Below, piece after piece: positions 7,711 through 17,010 of a DNA stretch of 64,000 nt. The stretch lies in IMG/VR virus record IMGVR_UViG_3300011989_000257, positions 288,001 through 352,000 of that record; one strand, 5' to 3'. The number at the start of each line of letters is the position of its first letter. Positions within the stretch are counted from its first letter, which is position 1. A program made the translations under genes and the position numbers. The notes below the pieces were generated by a model. It worked only from the letters and a program-made list of their open reading frames with translations. It ran no database searches and was not told where the DNA came from. This stretch comes from a virus (taxonomy: Duplodnaviria; Caudoviricetes).

Positions 7711-7792
7711 TCTGGAGGGTTGGATTCAAACCAACGAACTCTGCTATCTCATCACGGCTAGTTTGCAGAACTATGCTGCCGATTCCTCCAGA
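7711..7792 (-). ncRNA. tRNA-like RNA (intact acceptor and T arm, aberrant D and anticodon arms)
   Basis: CTGGAGG/CCTCCAG; GTTGG-TTTGAAT-CCAAC; TTCTGC-(20 nt)-GCAGAG. Confidence 0.55.
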
Positions 7793-7952
7793 TTTGTAAA
7801 AACCATTCTACACCCAACACTTCCAGTTGGTTCCTACATCTACGTCTCTCTCCATTATGACCCATAGATTACACGATTCCGTCTCTAACGTCTCATAGGA
7901 TTATAAAGCAGGTCATCTGTCCTATGCCTTTTAGAACCTCGAATGATTTTTG

Positions 7953-8025
7953 TCAGGGAACTTGGACTCGAACCAAGAACAGCTGGTCTCCAAAGCCAGT
8001 CGTCTACCTATTGACGTACACCCTG
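7953..8025 (-). tRNA. tRNA-Pro(TGG), second and atypical copy
   Basis: CAGGGTG/TTCCCTG-A; loop TTTGGAG; one mismatch each in the acceptor and anticodon stems. Confidence 0.7.
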
Positions 8026-8154
8026 AGTTAAAATGCCAACACTCTAGAATTCTTGCATTATATCCTCTATAGTCTTATGCTGCTCTTATTGTAATTCCAT
8101 TTATGGATACGATTCAATAATTAGAGGTTGCCTAAAGACTTGTGTTAACATTTG

Positions 8155-8240
8155 TCGGAGGAGAGGGACTCGAACCCCCAGTGTTTCTGATGTGCTGGTT
8201 TTACAGACCAGTGCTAGTCCACCATCCTAGCTGCCCTCCG
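8155..8240 (-). tRNA. tRNA-Tyr(GTA) with C1:G72
   Basis: CGGAGGG/TCCTCCG-A; CTGGT-CTGTAAA-ACCAG; long variable region. Confidence 0.85.
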
Positions 8241-8277
8241 ATTAAGCATAGGTTTCTCAACCACAATCCTTTCCTTG

Positions 8278-8634
8278 TTACTTAAATTTATATTCTATAA
8301 CATAGACATTTTTATTACCTCTGCGGTATTGTTCAATCTTTACATCATTATACATTTCTTTATGTCTTTCAGTAAAACCGCTTCTGATGAACTCAAAAAA
8401 TTTTTTCTCTTTTTCGTTGTCTGTTACGATGTATATGTCCTTAAATATATTTGTTTCTGGAACTCTACATGTCATACTTCTAACCCCTCTGAACTTGTTA
8501 TTGGTTGCCCAACCACCTTGTTCAATAAGGCCAATCGTAAACTCTTCCCAAATGGGAATATCAACTTTTAAAAATAAATTTTGTCCAAATACATCTTTTT
8601 CATTTAAATACTCTTTTGTAATTGCTTCTCTCAT
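8278..8634 (-). CDS. hypothetical protein
   Basis: 118-aa ORF. Confidence 0.7.
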   Translation of the reverse strand: MREAITKEYLNEKDVFGQNLFLKVDIPIWEEFTIGLIEQGGWATNNKFRGVRSMTCRVPETNIFKDIYIVTDNEKEKKFFEFIRSGFTERHKEMYNDVKIEQYRRGNKNVYVIEYKFK

Positions 8635-8781
8635 TTGCTTCTTTATTTAGAACTACTAATGTAACTATTAATATCTTCTAATTCACCTTCAAGTTTAGCA
8701 AGCTTTTCTTTATGCCAATTAATCTTGTTTACTATAGTATTTTTTCTGTCGTTTAATATTTTTAAGTCACTATTATTCATT

Positions 8782-9219
8782 CTATTTAAATTTTCCTAGC
8801 CTTATAGCCTCAACAAGATAGTTATATACCGTTTCCCAATCTGTCTCGGCATCGAATCCGAACTTATCGTCTATTCCTACATTAAAATACGTCTTTTCAT
8901 CAAAGCAAGACAATTCGTTATTCTTTGTCTCGCTATTGCTGTTAACCATATCGAAGCTAATGCCATTAGCTTTAAAATATTCCAGATATTCATTTATCGA
9001 TTCCTTATGACTAGATGTCCAGAGTATGAGACTGATGTTCCTAGCATAACTCATTATCTGAAGTGCCTCCTTTGAGAATGGATACCACTTATGGTTTTCC
9101 TTCTCGTGGTAGCAAGCTTCAAATATCGTATCGTGGATGTCCACAAGCACATATATATGCTCCCAATTACGGTCTTTCATACGCTTGAAAGCGTTGTCGA
9201 AACTTTTCTCTATACTCAT
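8782..9219 (-). CDS. HAD-like hydrolase (degenerate motif I)
   Basis: VDIHDTI, LILWTS and GIDDK motifs. Confidence 0.6.
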   Translation of the reverse strand: MSIEKSFDNAFKRMKDRNWEHIYVLVDIHDTIFEACYHEKENHKWYPFSKEALQIMSYARNISLILWTSSHKESINEYLEYFKANGISFDMVNSNSETKNNELSCFDEKTYFNVGIDDKFGFDAETDWETVYNYLVEAIRLGKFK

Positions 9220-9236
9220 AACATTATATTATTTGC

Positions 9237-9306
9237 CACACTAAAATGGACTCGAACCACCTACTTCAGAACGCCGTTCTGCGTGCTACCGTTACACCAT
9301 AGGTGA
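9237..9306 (-). pseudogene. degenerate Gln-like tRNA with a 5-nt anticodon loop
   Basis: TGGTGTAACGGTAGCAC D arm; CAGAA-CGGCG-TTCTG; GGTTCGAGTCC; acceptor poorly paired. Confidence 0.6.
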
Positions 9307-9439
9307 ATTGACCTCAACTTAACCATAATCTCCACGAGTTAACATTGGAAACTCATAATGTGAAAATAAGCAAGAATCGAACACTGCTTTGTTGAATTTA
9401 CCACAATCTCGGTCAGCGAACGGAGTCGAACCGTATTCG

Positions 9440-9512
9440 TTGGGATTGAGGGAATCGAACCCCCACAAGCCAAGAGCCAGAATCTTGCGTACTACCTTTA
9501 TACTAAACCCCA
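9440..9512 (-). tRNA. tRNA-Gln(CTG)
   Basis: TGGGGTT/AATCCCA; CAAGA-TTCTGGC-TCTTG. Confidence 0.85.
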
Positions 9513-9628
9513 AAGTAAGCTGAAACTCTAGCTAGTAACGTATCATGGCAGCATCCTTACCTATTCTCTCCACCTCGCAGTGACGTGGGGCAATTTAGCC
9601 AATCAACGTAGTTTCAGCTATGTTGTAA

Positions 9629-9706
9629 GGGAACAATAAAAATTCGTTTATCTAAAACCCAAATCTAGTAACTAATTTTATCAATAATTACTTGCTGTAT
9701 GTTCCC
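9629..9706 (-). ncRNA. CAGCA-stem element 8: minimal form with an isolated Pro-like anticodon hairpin
   Basis: GGGAACA-TACAGCAA ... CTAGA-TTTGGGT-TTTAG ... TGTTCCC. Confidence 0.75.
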
Positions 9707-9876
9707 ACTATAAGCGTAGCAAGGTTACTAGATTTCACTCAAATGACTTTACACATTAAACGTATCTGCATGCACCGTACACATGGTAACCATACACATG
9801 GACTTAAAGAAACCTAATAGGCTCACACTGATTTAATTCTGTCCGTTTCTTGAGACTGTCCTAGCACTTCTTGCTT

Positions 9877-9950
9877 TGGTAGCGCATAGGGGAGTCGAAC
9901 CCCTCTTCTCACATCGAAAGTGTGGTGTCCTACCGATAGACGAATGCGCC
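9877..9950 (-). tRNA. tRNA-Glu(TTC), CCA encoded
   Basis: GGCGCAT/ATGCGCT-ACCA; loop CTTTCGA. Confidence 0.9.
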
Positions 9951-10101
9951 ATATAGTAAAAGGTCAGAGCACCATAGATAACTTCGTTTTCACAATTCGG
10001 ACTTACTTACCCTCATAAGAGGTACTATTTCTTCCAAGTAAATGTGCTGTACACACACATCTCTCATGCCTAGCTATCATCATCGAATGATTAACCTTTT
10101 G

Positions 10102-10174
10102 TATTGGGTACGAGGCTCGAACTCGTAGTCTTCACAGTGAGAGTGTGATGCCTTACCAATTTGGCCAACCCAAC
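10102..10174 (-). tRNA. tRNA-Glu(CTC)
   Basis: GTTGGGT/ACCCAAT-A; TCACA-CTCTCAC-TGTGA. Confidence 0.85.
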
Positions 10175-10353
10175 ATATGTAGTGTTTTAAAAGTGGAGGG
10201 TGGGCAGTTTGTACCTGCATTCTATGAGTAGTATAATCTACAAGTGTCCTAACATTTAGATGACCTACAACACACTTGAATTTATAATGCTACTATTTCA
10301 AGCACTGTTCGCATTGGCATTGAACCATCAGTGTGTTATCCCTCCAATTATGT

Positions 10354-10518
10354 TTATGCCCCCATATCACAATCTTCTGCTAGTCCGTTCTCAACCAAAT
10401 CAATATATGTCATATTGTCTAGTTCTTCGTCGGAATAGGAACTCAGCAGTTTGAGATACTTTTGGTGACGTTCTTTCTCTTTATTTTGCAATTCTTTTCT
10501 TTTTGAAATCCCTTCCAT
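10354..10518 (-). CDS. small hypothetical protein
   Basis: MEGISKRKE..., just downstream of promoter 10540-10574. Confidence 0.55.
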   Translation of the reverse strand: MEGISKRKELQNKEKERHQKYLKLLSSYSDEELDNMTYIDLVENGLAEDCDMGA

Positions 10519-10909
10519 AATATCATTTTTTAATTTCGATGCAAAGATATGAAAAAAAATTGAGATAACCAAATTTTTATCAAGCTTTTAACGTATTTAA
10601 ACAATTTAAGGGTGAACATTCCGTAGATTGTCCACCCAATTTCATTATTATACTTTGTTTAATAAAAAAGCTCAATTATAATAACAGAATGATACAAATC
10701 TACATTAGAATAGGTACATGCCTCCACGTCTTGGATAACCATATCCAAGTTCTCTAGGCTGCTCTTCTATATGTAGACTAAATGTAATCATATTATTAAA
10801 ATATTAAACTGTTTATTATAAATATATGTTATTTTCAAAAAATATCAAGTTTTATAGTGCAAAGATATAAAAAATATTTTTAATTTCCAAATTTTTTAGA
10901 GGAAAAATG

Positions 10910-11341
10910 TTATTCCGCATTATGTTTTGCCATCATTGCTTCAATCATTTCCTCTGTTAGTTCTTGATAGATATCAGTTCCCTTTGCAATACCATAGACT
11001 TCTTTTGTCCAACCAAAGACAGAGGTTCCAGTACTGCCAATCTTAAACCAAAGTTCATTTGTATGACTAGCATCTGAAATTTCCCATACTTGATGTACCA
11101 TAGGCCATGCAACACCATCTTCCCCTTTGAGTATGCAGAACACGCAATCGCCTCTTTTAACATCACGTGGGACACAAGGCATCACCTTACAATACTCCAT
11201 ATCGTTGATTAAAGGGGTTAGACTTTTACCCATTTCCCAATGATAGAATGATTCTCCATTTTTCAATGCTTGTTCCATTTCATAGGGGTCTTGTATTACT
11301 CTAAGTCCCTCTATAGTTTTTGGTTCATTTACAATTTTCAT
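10910..11341 (-). CDS. S24/S26 peptidase-like protein
   Basis: GKSLTPLIND...VKRGDCVF...VHQV pattern. Confidence 0.55.
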   Translation of the reverse strand: MKIVNEPKTIEGLRVIQDPYEMEQALKNGESFYHWEMGKSLTPLINDMEYCKVMPCVPRDVKRGDCVFCILKGEDGVAWPMVHQVWEISDASHTNELWFKIGSTGTSVFGWTKEVYGIAKGTDIYQELTEEMIEAMMAKHNAE

Positions 11342-11346
11342 ATTTA

Positions 11347-12915
11347 CTAAAGTTTTAGAATATCAAAAATACTATTATTATTTTTATCTGTTACAGTAAA
11401 GCCATTGCCCATTAACTTGAACATTTTGTTTAAGTCATAGTTAAGCCCTTTAATTGAAGTGTCAAGAGCATCGAAATAAGCATCAAGCCCATCCATATAT
11501 AAGTTAAGTGAACTTATTCCGTTCTCTATTTTAATGTCTGGCATTTTAGGCAGTGATGGGGTTTTAATGTTATATTCCTTCATTTTGTTTATTGTTTCTT
11601 CCACCAAAGCCCTTTTTTCCCTAAGCCTTTTTTCCTCTTCTGCTATTCTTTTTTGCCTCTCTTTTTCTTCTCTTTCAATCCTCTCTTGCCTAGCTTTTTC
11701 TTTTCTAGCCTTTTCAGCCTCATATTCCTCAATGGTATATGCCCCCAATTCATCCCAAGCAATCTTGAAATGGTCATTTGGGTTAAATCCTTCAAGGAAA
11801 TGTCTTTCCACACCATTTTTACCATCTATGGAAAGTGGGTCGTTTATGTTTTTGGCAAACTTTATGAGCAAATATACTGTATCATCTTCTGAAATAAAAT
11901 TACCGTGATTATAATTCAAAATGCTAGGATATGCTATTTGAACATCTAGTCTTGTATTTGCTGGAATCATAAGTCCATTTTTCTTCTCTCCACTAGGCTT
12001 TTCATATACTATTGGTTCATCACTTACAATTCTGAGTGTTTTTACAAATTTTTCCTCTTTGATAAGTTTTCCACTAGGTGTTACAACATAACCATCAGTA
12101 TAATCCTTAAACCCACTTAATTTCAGTAATACATATCTGATAGTATTGTCAATATCACTAGTTGGAGTTGTACCTAAATTAGTTTTATCAAAGGGTATAT
12201 CATCCTTAACTCGTTTCCAATTAAGATGTTTTGGGAATAACTGCAAGCCATTCTCATATTCGATACCCATACATTCGCAATCATGTTTTGACAAAGTAAA
12301 TATTTTATCTTGGTATCCTCCTACTTGTTTAACAATTACAGAATTTATGTTAATGCCATCATATTCATCATGTATGCCAACGAGTTCGTATATCTTTTCA
12401 GGCATTTCAAACCCTTCACAAGAAACGCCACTCAACGCATATTTTTCGCCTTTTATAAATTTAGGCACATAGTTTGCATCCTCATTAACGACACCCATAT
12501 CAGTAAAATCCACTGCTTCAAATAATTCTTTTGGCTGAATGAATAGATTTTCGATATGTTCATTATTTGATGGCATGTTCATTTTCTTTTTGGTTTGCGA
12601 AAAATCAGCATCTACCATTTCAGAAATACCTTTTATTAGGCTGTCAGATAATTTCATAGAGTTCGTTTTTGTATTCCACATAGGGTCATGAATTAATTCG
12701 GATAATTTAACAGTTATCTCTCTATTATCTAATGCATTTTTCAAATGTATAGAATCACTTGTGACATATGCATCAGAAACAATCCAATCGTCACTTAGGA
12801 CGATTGGAACTTGTTCTATATTGTTAACATTATATACTTTAACCATATGCATTTTATATCCTTTTGGTACATTTGCAAATGGTCTACGTACTTTTGGTGG
12901 TGTTGGCTTACCCAT
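11347..12915 (-). CDS. hypothetical protein with C-terminal coiled coil
   Basis: 522-aa ORF with an E/K/R-rich segment. Confidence 0.8.
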   Translation of the reverse strand: MGKPTPPKVRRPFANVPKGYKMHMVKVYNVNNIEQVPIVLSDDWIVSDAYVTSDSIHLKNALDNREITVKLSELIHDPMWNTKTNSMKLSDSLIKGISEMVDADFSQTKKKMNMPSNNEHIENLFIQPKELFEAVDFTDMGVVNEDANYVPKFIKGEKYALSGVSCEGFEMPEKIYELVGIHDEYDGININSVIVKQVGGYQDKIFTLSKHDCECMGIEYENGLQLFPKHLNWKRVKDDIPFDKTNLGTTPTSDIDNTIRYVLLKLSGFKDYTDGYVVTPSGKLIKEEKFVKTLRIVSDEPIVYEKPSGEKKNGLMIPANTRLDVQIAYPSILNYNHGNFISEDDTVYLLIKFAKNINDPLSIDGKNGVERHFLEGFNPNDHFKIAWDELGAYTIEEYEAEKARKEKARQERIEREEKERQKRIAEEEKRLREKRALVEETINKMKEYNIKTPSLPKMPDIKIENGISSLNLYMDGLDAYFDALDTSIKGLNYDLNKMFKLMGNGFTVTDKNNNSIFDILKL

Positions 12916-12917
12916 TA

Positions 12918-14207
12918 TTATTCAATTAACTTTTGGTCTCTCTTACCACGAAGTTCGCTTGAAATAACTTTCTGTGTAGATTCTGCAATGCCAATAGATT
13001 TCATATGCATTTCTTTATCTAGTTTTGCGATTTCAGCCTCAGCAGCAGCACGTTTCTCAGCGCCTTCCTTCTGAGCCTTCTGTACACCCTCCACAGTTGC
13101 TACAAGCTCTTGTGTTGTTTTACGAAGAGTTTCCACATCAAGAACCATACGCTGACTCTGCTTTGCAACCTCGATAGCTTGTACCTTCATCATTTCAGCA
13201 TTCTTACGGAACAACTCATTAGTGGTATCAGTAACCTTTGTACCAATCTCAATAGCTTGTTTCTGGTCATACAATGCAACAGCTAATGACAACTGATTCT
13301 TCCAAAGAGGAATTGTCATAGCAATCTGAGACTCAGTGTTATTAGCATGCATGATGTTTGTACGTTGAATAATACGAATCTGAGTCAATGACTGCTTGAA
13401 CGCATAACGAAGAGCGATAAGGTCAGTGAGTCGCTTATCAAGAGCATTCTTATACTCATCGATGTCACTAATCTGATACTCTTCATATTCTTCTGAGCGT
13501 GACTTCATATCATCGATAAGTGCTCCAAGCTCCTCTGACTTCATCTTGCCTGCTACAATAAGGTCTTCCAATTGGTCTACATAATCACAGTTATTCTCAA
13601 ACTGCTTCTGTAAGAGATTATTATCCCTAATGGCAATCTGACGTGTAGCCTCTAGTTTCTTAACAATACCATCAATATTCTTTTCAATGGTATCATACTT
13701 TGCCTTAATCTGTTCTACAGATACGATGAGTTTTCTCAACCCAGGAATTCTACGCAAGAATCTCTTGACCGCACTTGGGGCTTCAAGGTCGCTAACGTCA
13801 ACCTCATGCAACTCTCCCAAAAGATTTGAAATCAATTGAGCTGACTCAATACCAGCTTTAGAATCAAATGACTGCTTAAGGAAATCACTTGAGTAAGAAC
13901 TCATAGCCCTCTGAAGGTCAGAACCATAACTAGTTATGGTGGACATCTCCTTTTCATTGAGGACTGATGCTATTTCTTTGTAATAAGCCTTACGACTTGG
14001 TGATAGATTAGATGTGTTAATTTCACCCCTATCATCAACACGTTTTAAGGCAGTGCTACCATTTGTGAGTTCTGCTTCAGCCTCTTCAGAGACTTCATCA
14101 ATTGTACGTCTTGTACGAACTGGAGACTTACGAGTACCTTTTTTAGCTGTTGACTTCTTTACTTCTGTCACCTCAGCATCAACCACAGTTCTTGTCTTTT
14201 TTGCCAT
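12918..14207 (-). CDS. telA: toxic anion resistance protein (TelA family)
   Basis: KYDTIEKNIDGI...LDKRLTDL...QIRIIQRTN...TIPLWKNQLSLA motifs. Confidence 0.85.
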   Translation of the reverse strand: MAKKTRTVVDAEVTEVKKSTAKKGTRKSPVRTRRTIDEVSEEAEAELTNGSTALKRVDDRGEINTSNLSPSRKAYYKEIASVLNEKEMSTITSYGSDLQRAMSSYSSDFLKQSFDSKAGIESAQLISNLLGELHEVDVSDLEAPSAVKRFLRRIPGLRKLIVSVEQIKAKYDTIEKNIDGIVKKLEATRQIAIRDNNLLQKQFENNCDYVDQLEDLIVAGKMKSEELGALIDDMKSRSEEYEEYQISDIDEYKNALDKRLTDLIALRYAFKQSLTQIRIIQRTNIMHANNTESQIAMTIPLWKNQLSLAVALYDQKQAIEIGTKVTDTTNELFRKNAEMMKVQAIEVAKQSQRMVLDVETLRKTTQELVATVEGVQKAQKEGAEKRAAAEAEIAKLDKEMHMKSIGIAESTQKVISSELRGKRDQKLIE

Positions 14208-14344
14208 TATTATTCTATTTTAAGTTATTAATATTTTGATTTTGTGCAAATATATAGTTTTTTTTTGTAATTTCAAAATTTATATTGTTAATAAAAATAA
14301 AAAATTCCACCCAAGTTATTTATTCTTAGGTGGAATCATTTTCT

Positions 14345-14776
14345 TTAGAATGGTAAATCATCCTCAGAACTTGATGCGGCTGTTGCAGCAACGGTTTCTG
14401 CCTCATTAGCCTTTTTCTTAAATGTTCCAGTATCTGCTACAGTTTCACTTGATTGTGTGTCTCCAGACTTACCTAGATTAACAAAATCCACTCTGTCTGC
14501 TATCACATCCCTAGAAACCATAGTTTCGCCATTCTTACTCTGATAAGTTCCAACAGTTTCTACACCAAGAACACTAACTGCGCTTCCTTTCTTCAAGAAT
14601 TCTAGCATCTTAGTGCCTTTCTCAGCGTAATACGAGACATTAATCCATGCTGTCCCTCTTTCACCGTTCTTGAACTCATCAGTTGCTATTCTCATGGAAA
14701 CAAACTGTTTCCCACCTTTGGAAGTCTTGAGTTCTGCATCAGCCCCAAGTCTTCCCATGAAATTGACGTTTATCAT
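14345..14776 (-). CDS. ssb: single-stranded DNA-binding protein
   Basis: GRLGADAELK OB-fold start, LKKGS, acidic DDLPF tail. Confidence 0.9.
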   Translation of the reverse strand: MINVNFMGRLGADAELKTSKGGKQFVSMRIATDEFKNGERGTAWINVSYYAEKGTKMLEFLKKGSAVSVLGVETVGTYQSKNGETMVSRDVIADRVDFVNLGKSGDTQSSETVADTGTFKKKANEAETVAATAASSSEDDLPF

Positions 14777-14798
14777 TGTTATCTAAGTTTTTAGTTGT

Positions 14799-15053
14799 TT
14801 ATATAAAGATTATAATTTTTTCTCCTTTAACACTCCAACCTTGATTTTTCATTACTTCAAATTCATCTTGTGGCATTTCAGATTCTATTAATTCGTCAAT
14901 ATCCACCTCATAATAGTAATCCAATGTATCACCATCCATCTGTAATGAAACATTGGCAAATTTTGTTATATTCGCCAAAGCTGCTGCTGAAATGTGGTTT
15001 TTAATTTCTGAACTATTATCTTTCAGAAGTTCTATTAATTCACTCTTTGTCAT
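14799..15053 (-). CDS. hypothetical protein
   Basis: ATG at 15053, downstream of promoter 15072-15106. Confidence 0.65.
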   Translation of the reverse strand: MTKSELIELLKDNSSEIKNHISAAALANITKFANVSLQMDGDTLDYYYEVDIDELIESEMPQDEFEVMKNQGWSVKGEKIIIFI

Positions 15054-15122
15054 GTTAATTAAGTTTAACGATGCAAAGATATAGTTAATTTTCGTAAATT
15101 CCAAATATTTATTAAAAAAAAT

Positions 15123-15617
15123 ATGAAACCAAGTAAGATTAATGTATTAAAAGCTAAGAAAGCACTATTTTTATTCTCAGGATTTAGAGCATTAACTTGG
15201 AAAGGAATTGCTTATTGCAAAGAAAAGTCTGATATCCAATTAATTAGCGCTCAAGATACTATAAACAGTAACTTCGAATCTCATGAAATGACTCATGTAA
15301 AACAAGCTGAAAGCACACACGACTCATGGTTCTGTTTTTATACCTTATATATATGGTATTGGATTCTCAATTTCCCATTATTTATACGTGGAAAGTTTAT
15401 GCCATATTATTTTATTCCATTTGAACTTGAAGCAATGGCACATGAAACAGATTGGAAATATCCAACCAATGGTGCTGTGTTTGAATGGAATAAATTTAAA
15501 AAATTAACACTAAAGGATAAACTTAGTTTAGCTAAAGACTATAATAAAAATTTTAAAAGAAATGGTTTTAAATGGTATGTAAGAAAGGTAATATACCCAA
15601 TGATAAATGAGGACTAG
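15123..15617 (+). CDS. putative zinc metalloprotease-like protein
   Basis: HEMTH (HExxH) plus PFELEA. Confidence 0.55.
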   Translation: MKPSKINVLKAKKALFLFSGFRALTWKGIAYCKEKSDIQLISAQDTINSNFESHEMTHVKQAESTHDSWFCFYTLYIWYWILNFPLFIRGKFMPYYFIPFELEAMAHETDWKYPTNGAVFEWNKFKKLTLKDKLSLAKDYNKNFKRNGFKWYVRKVIYPMINED

Positions 15618-15634
15618 ACAATCTAGCCCTCATT
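15606..15634. terminator. bidirectional hairpin terminator
   Basis: AATGAGGACTAG-ACAAT-CTAGCCCTCATT between convergent genes. Confidence 0.7.
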
Positions 15635-15640
15635 CTTTAT

Positions 15641-17005
15641 TTAGAAGAACTTTTTCTTATCCTCTGCTGCCTTGATGTTCATCTTTGGCTTCATGAAGAA
15701 CTTGATATCAACTGTTGGCTCAATGAGCTTAACAATCTCATCCATTGGTTTGTAGGCATCTGGTGCTTCGTCTAGTGTTTTCTCGTCAGCAGTGGTGGTA
15801 TAGATACCTGCATCTGCCATCTGCTTCTGAAAGTCCTCTACGTTAAGCTGCTGATGGGCTTTCATCCTTGAGAGCGCCCTACCACAGCCATGCGGAGCTG
15901 TACAGTTCCAATCTTCATTTGATTTGCCTTCACATATTGAAATTCCATCCCTCATATTAAATGGTATGATTACTTTCTCTCCCTCATAAGCACGAATAGC
16001 ACCCTTACGAATCATCATATTTGGTGTACCCATCAATGCCTTGAAATCATAATCAATATAATTGTGAGTAGTAGCAATAAAATCGATTGGCTTACCACCA
16101 TCTGACATCTTTCGATAAATCTCAATCAACTGTTCATGAATCACCTCATGATTAAGTTTAGCATAAGTCTGAGCAATTAACACATCTACAAGATAGCCCA
16201 TAAGCTGGTCACCGTTCAAGTATCCTGGAATCTTACGTGATAAGTACTCCTCTCTTGCTGCATCAATCTCAGCCTTAATCTTCTGCTTGTCAGTATTCTT
16301 CTCCTTGACCTTATCCTCAAGCATCTTCATTTCCTCTCTTGAAACTACCATGCTTCTTGCTATCTTGTCCCAATAGTTGAATACTGCCAAACCTAGCTTA
16401 CGTGAGCCACAGTGTACGCACATGCAGTACTTACCCAACTCATCGTTGGCATCGTACTCTACGAAGTGATTACCTCCACCAACTGAGCCTATAGCCTTGA
16501 TAAAATCACCATAACCTATACGTACACGCTTACACCACTTCTCCAAATCCATTTCGTTGTTGAAGTAGATTGCATAATCAGCAAACTTTGGATAAAGAGA
16601 ACACAATCTGTCCATAGCCGAATTAACAGCCTTGGTGATACGCTTCCACTCAATCTTGGACTTATCGTTGATAGAGAAACCAAATGGAATCTCTTTACGA
16701 ATTTTGTGCTCAAACTCCTTCATCTTCTCCTCGACAATTGGTTTATCGAAGAAAGTAGCTGATATGGTACAACCGATATCGCAACCTACGTGCTGTGGAT
16801 TAACGTGGTCTGTCTCAATATTGACAGGACATGAGAATCCAATCACAATACCCTTACCATCGTGGCAGTCAGGCATAATTCTAATCTTCTTATCCTTGAA
16901 TGCCCTACAATCTGCTATACCGTATATGGTTGATATTGCGGTCTCCTCCACGTTATCAGTAAAGACCTTCACATCCTTACAATACTGTCCTTTAATTTCT
17001 AACAT
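15641..17005 (-). CDS. rtcB: RtcB RNA ligase (3'-phosphate/5'-OH)
   Basis: MPDCH, VGCDIGC, GGGNHFVE, VHCGSR, HNY, RKGA, PHGCGR and DEAPDAYK motifs. Confidence 0.95.
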   Translation of the reverse strand: MLEIKGQYCKDVKVFTDNVEETAISTIYGIADCRAFKDKKIRIMPDCHDGKGIVIGFSCPVNIETDHVNPQHVGCDIGCTISATFFDKPIVEEKMKEFEHKIRKEIPFGFSINDKSKIEWKRITKAVNSAMDRLCSLYPKFADYAIYFNNEMDLEKWCKRVRIGYGDFIKAIGSVGGGNHFVEYDANDELGKYCMCVHCGSRKLGLAVFNYWDKIARSMVVSREEMKMLEDKVKEKNTDKQKIKAEIDAAREEYLSRKIPGYLNGDQLMGYLVDVLIAQTYAKLNHEVIHEQLIEIYRKMSDGGKPIDFIATTHNYIDYDFKALMGTPNMMIRKGAIRAYEGEKVIIPFNMRDGISICEGKSNEDWNCTAPHGCGRALSRMKAHQQLNVEDFQKQMADAGIYTTTADEKTLDEAPDAYKPMDEIVKLIEPTVDIKFFMKPKMNIKAAEDKKKFF

Positions 17006-17010
17006 AATTT

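Noticed and set aside
546-9706. CAGCA repeats as a CRISPR array, MITEs or plain terminators
   Set aside because: Spacing is irregular, there are no constant direct repeats or target-site duplications, the arms are 60-140 nt apart, and the conserved motif is unpaired and on one side only.
10043-10056. GTACAGCA as a ninth family member
   Set aside because: No GGRA arm and no complementary 3' arm.
10193-10272. Additional tRNA (Asp/Glu-like D arm)
   Set aside because: Acceptor, anticodon arm and T loop are too degenerate to call.
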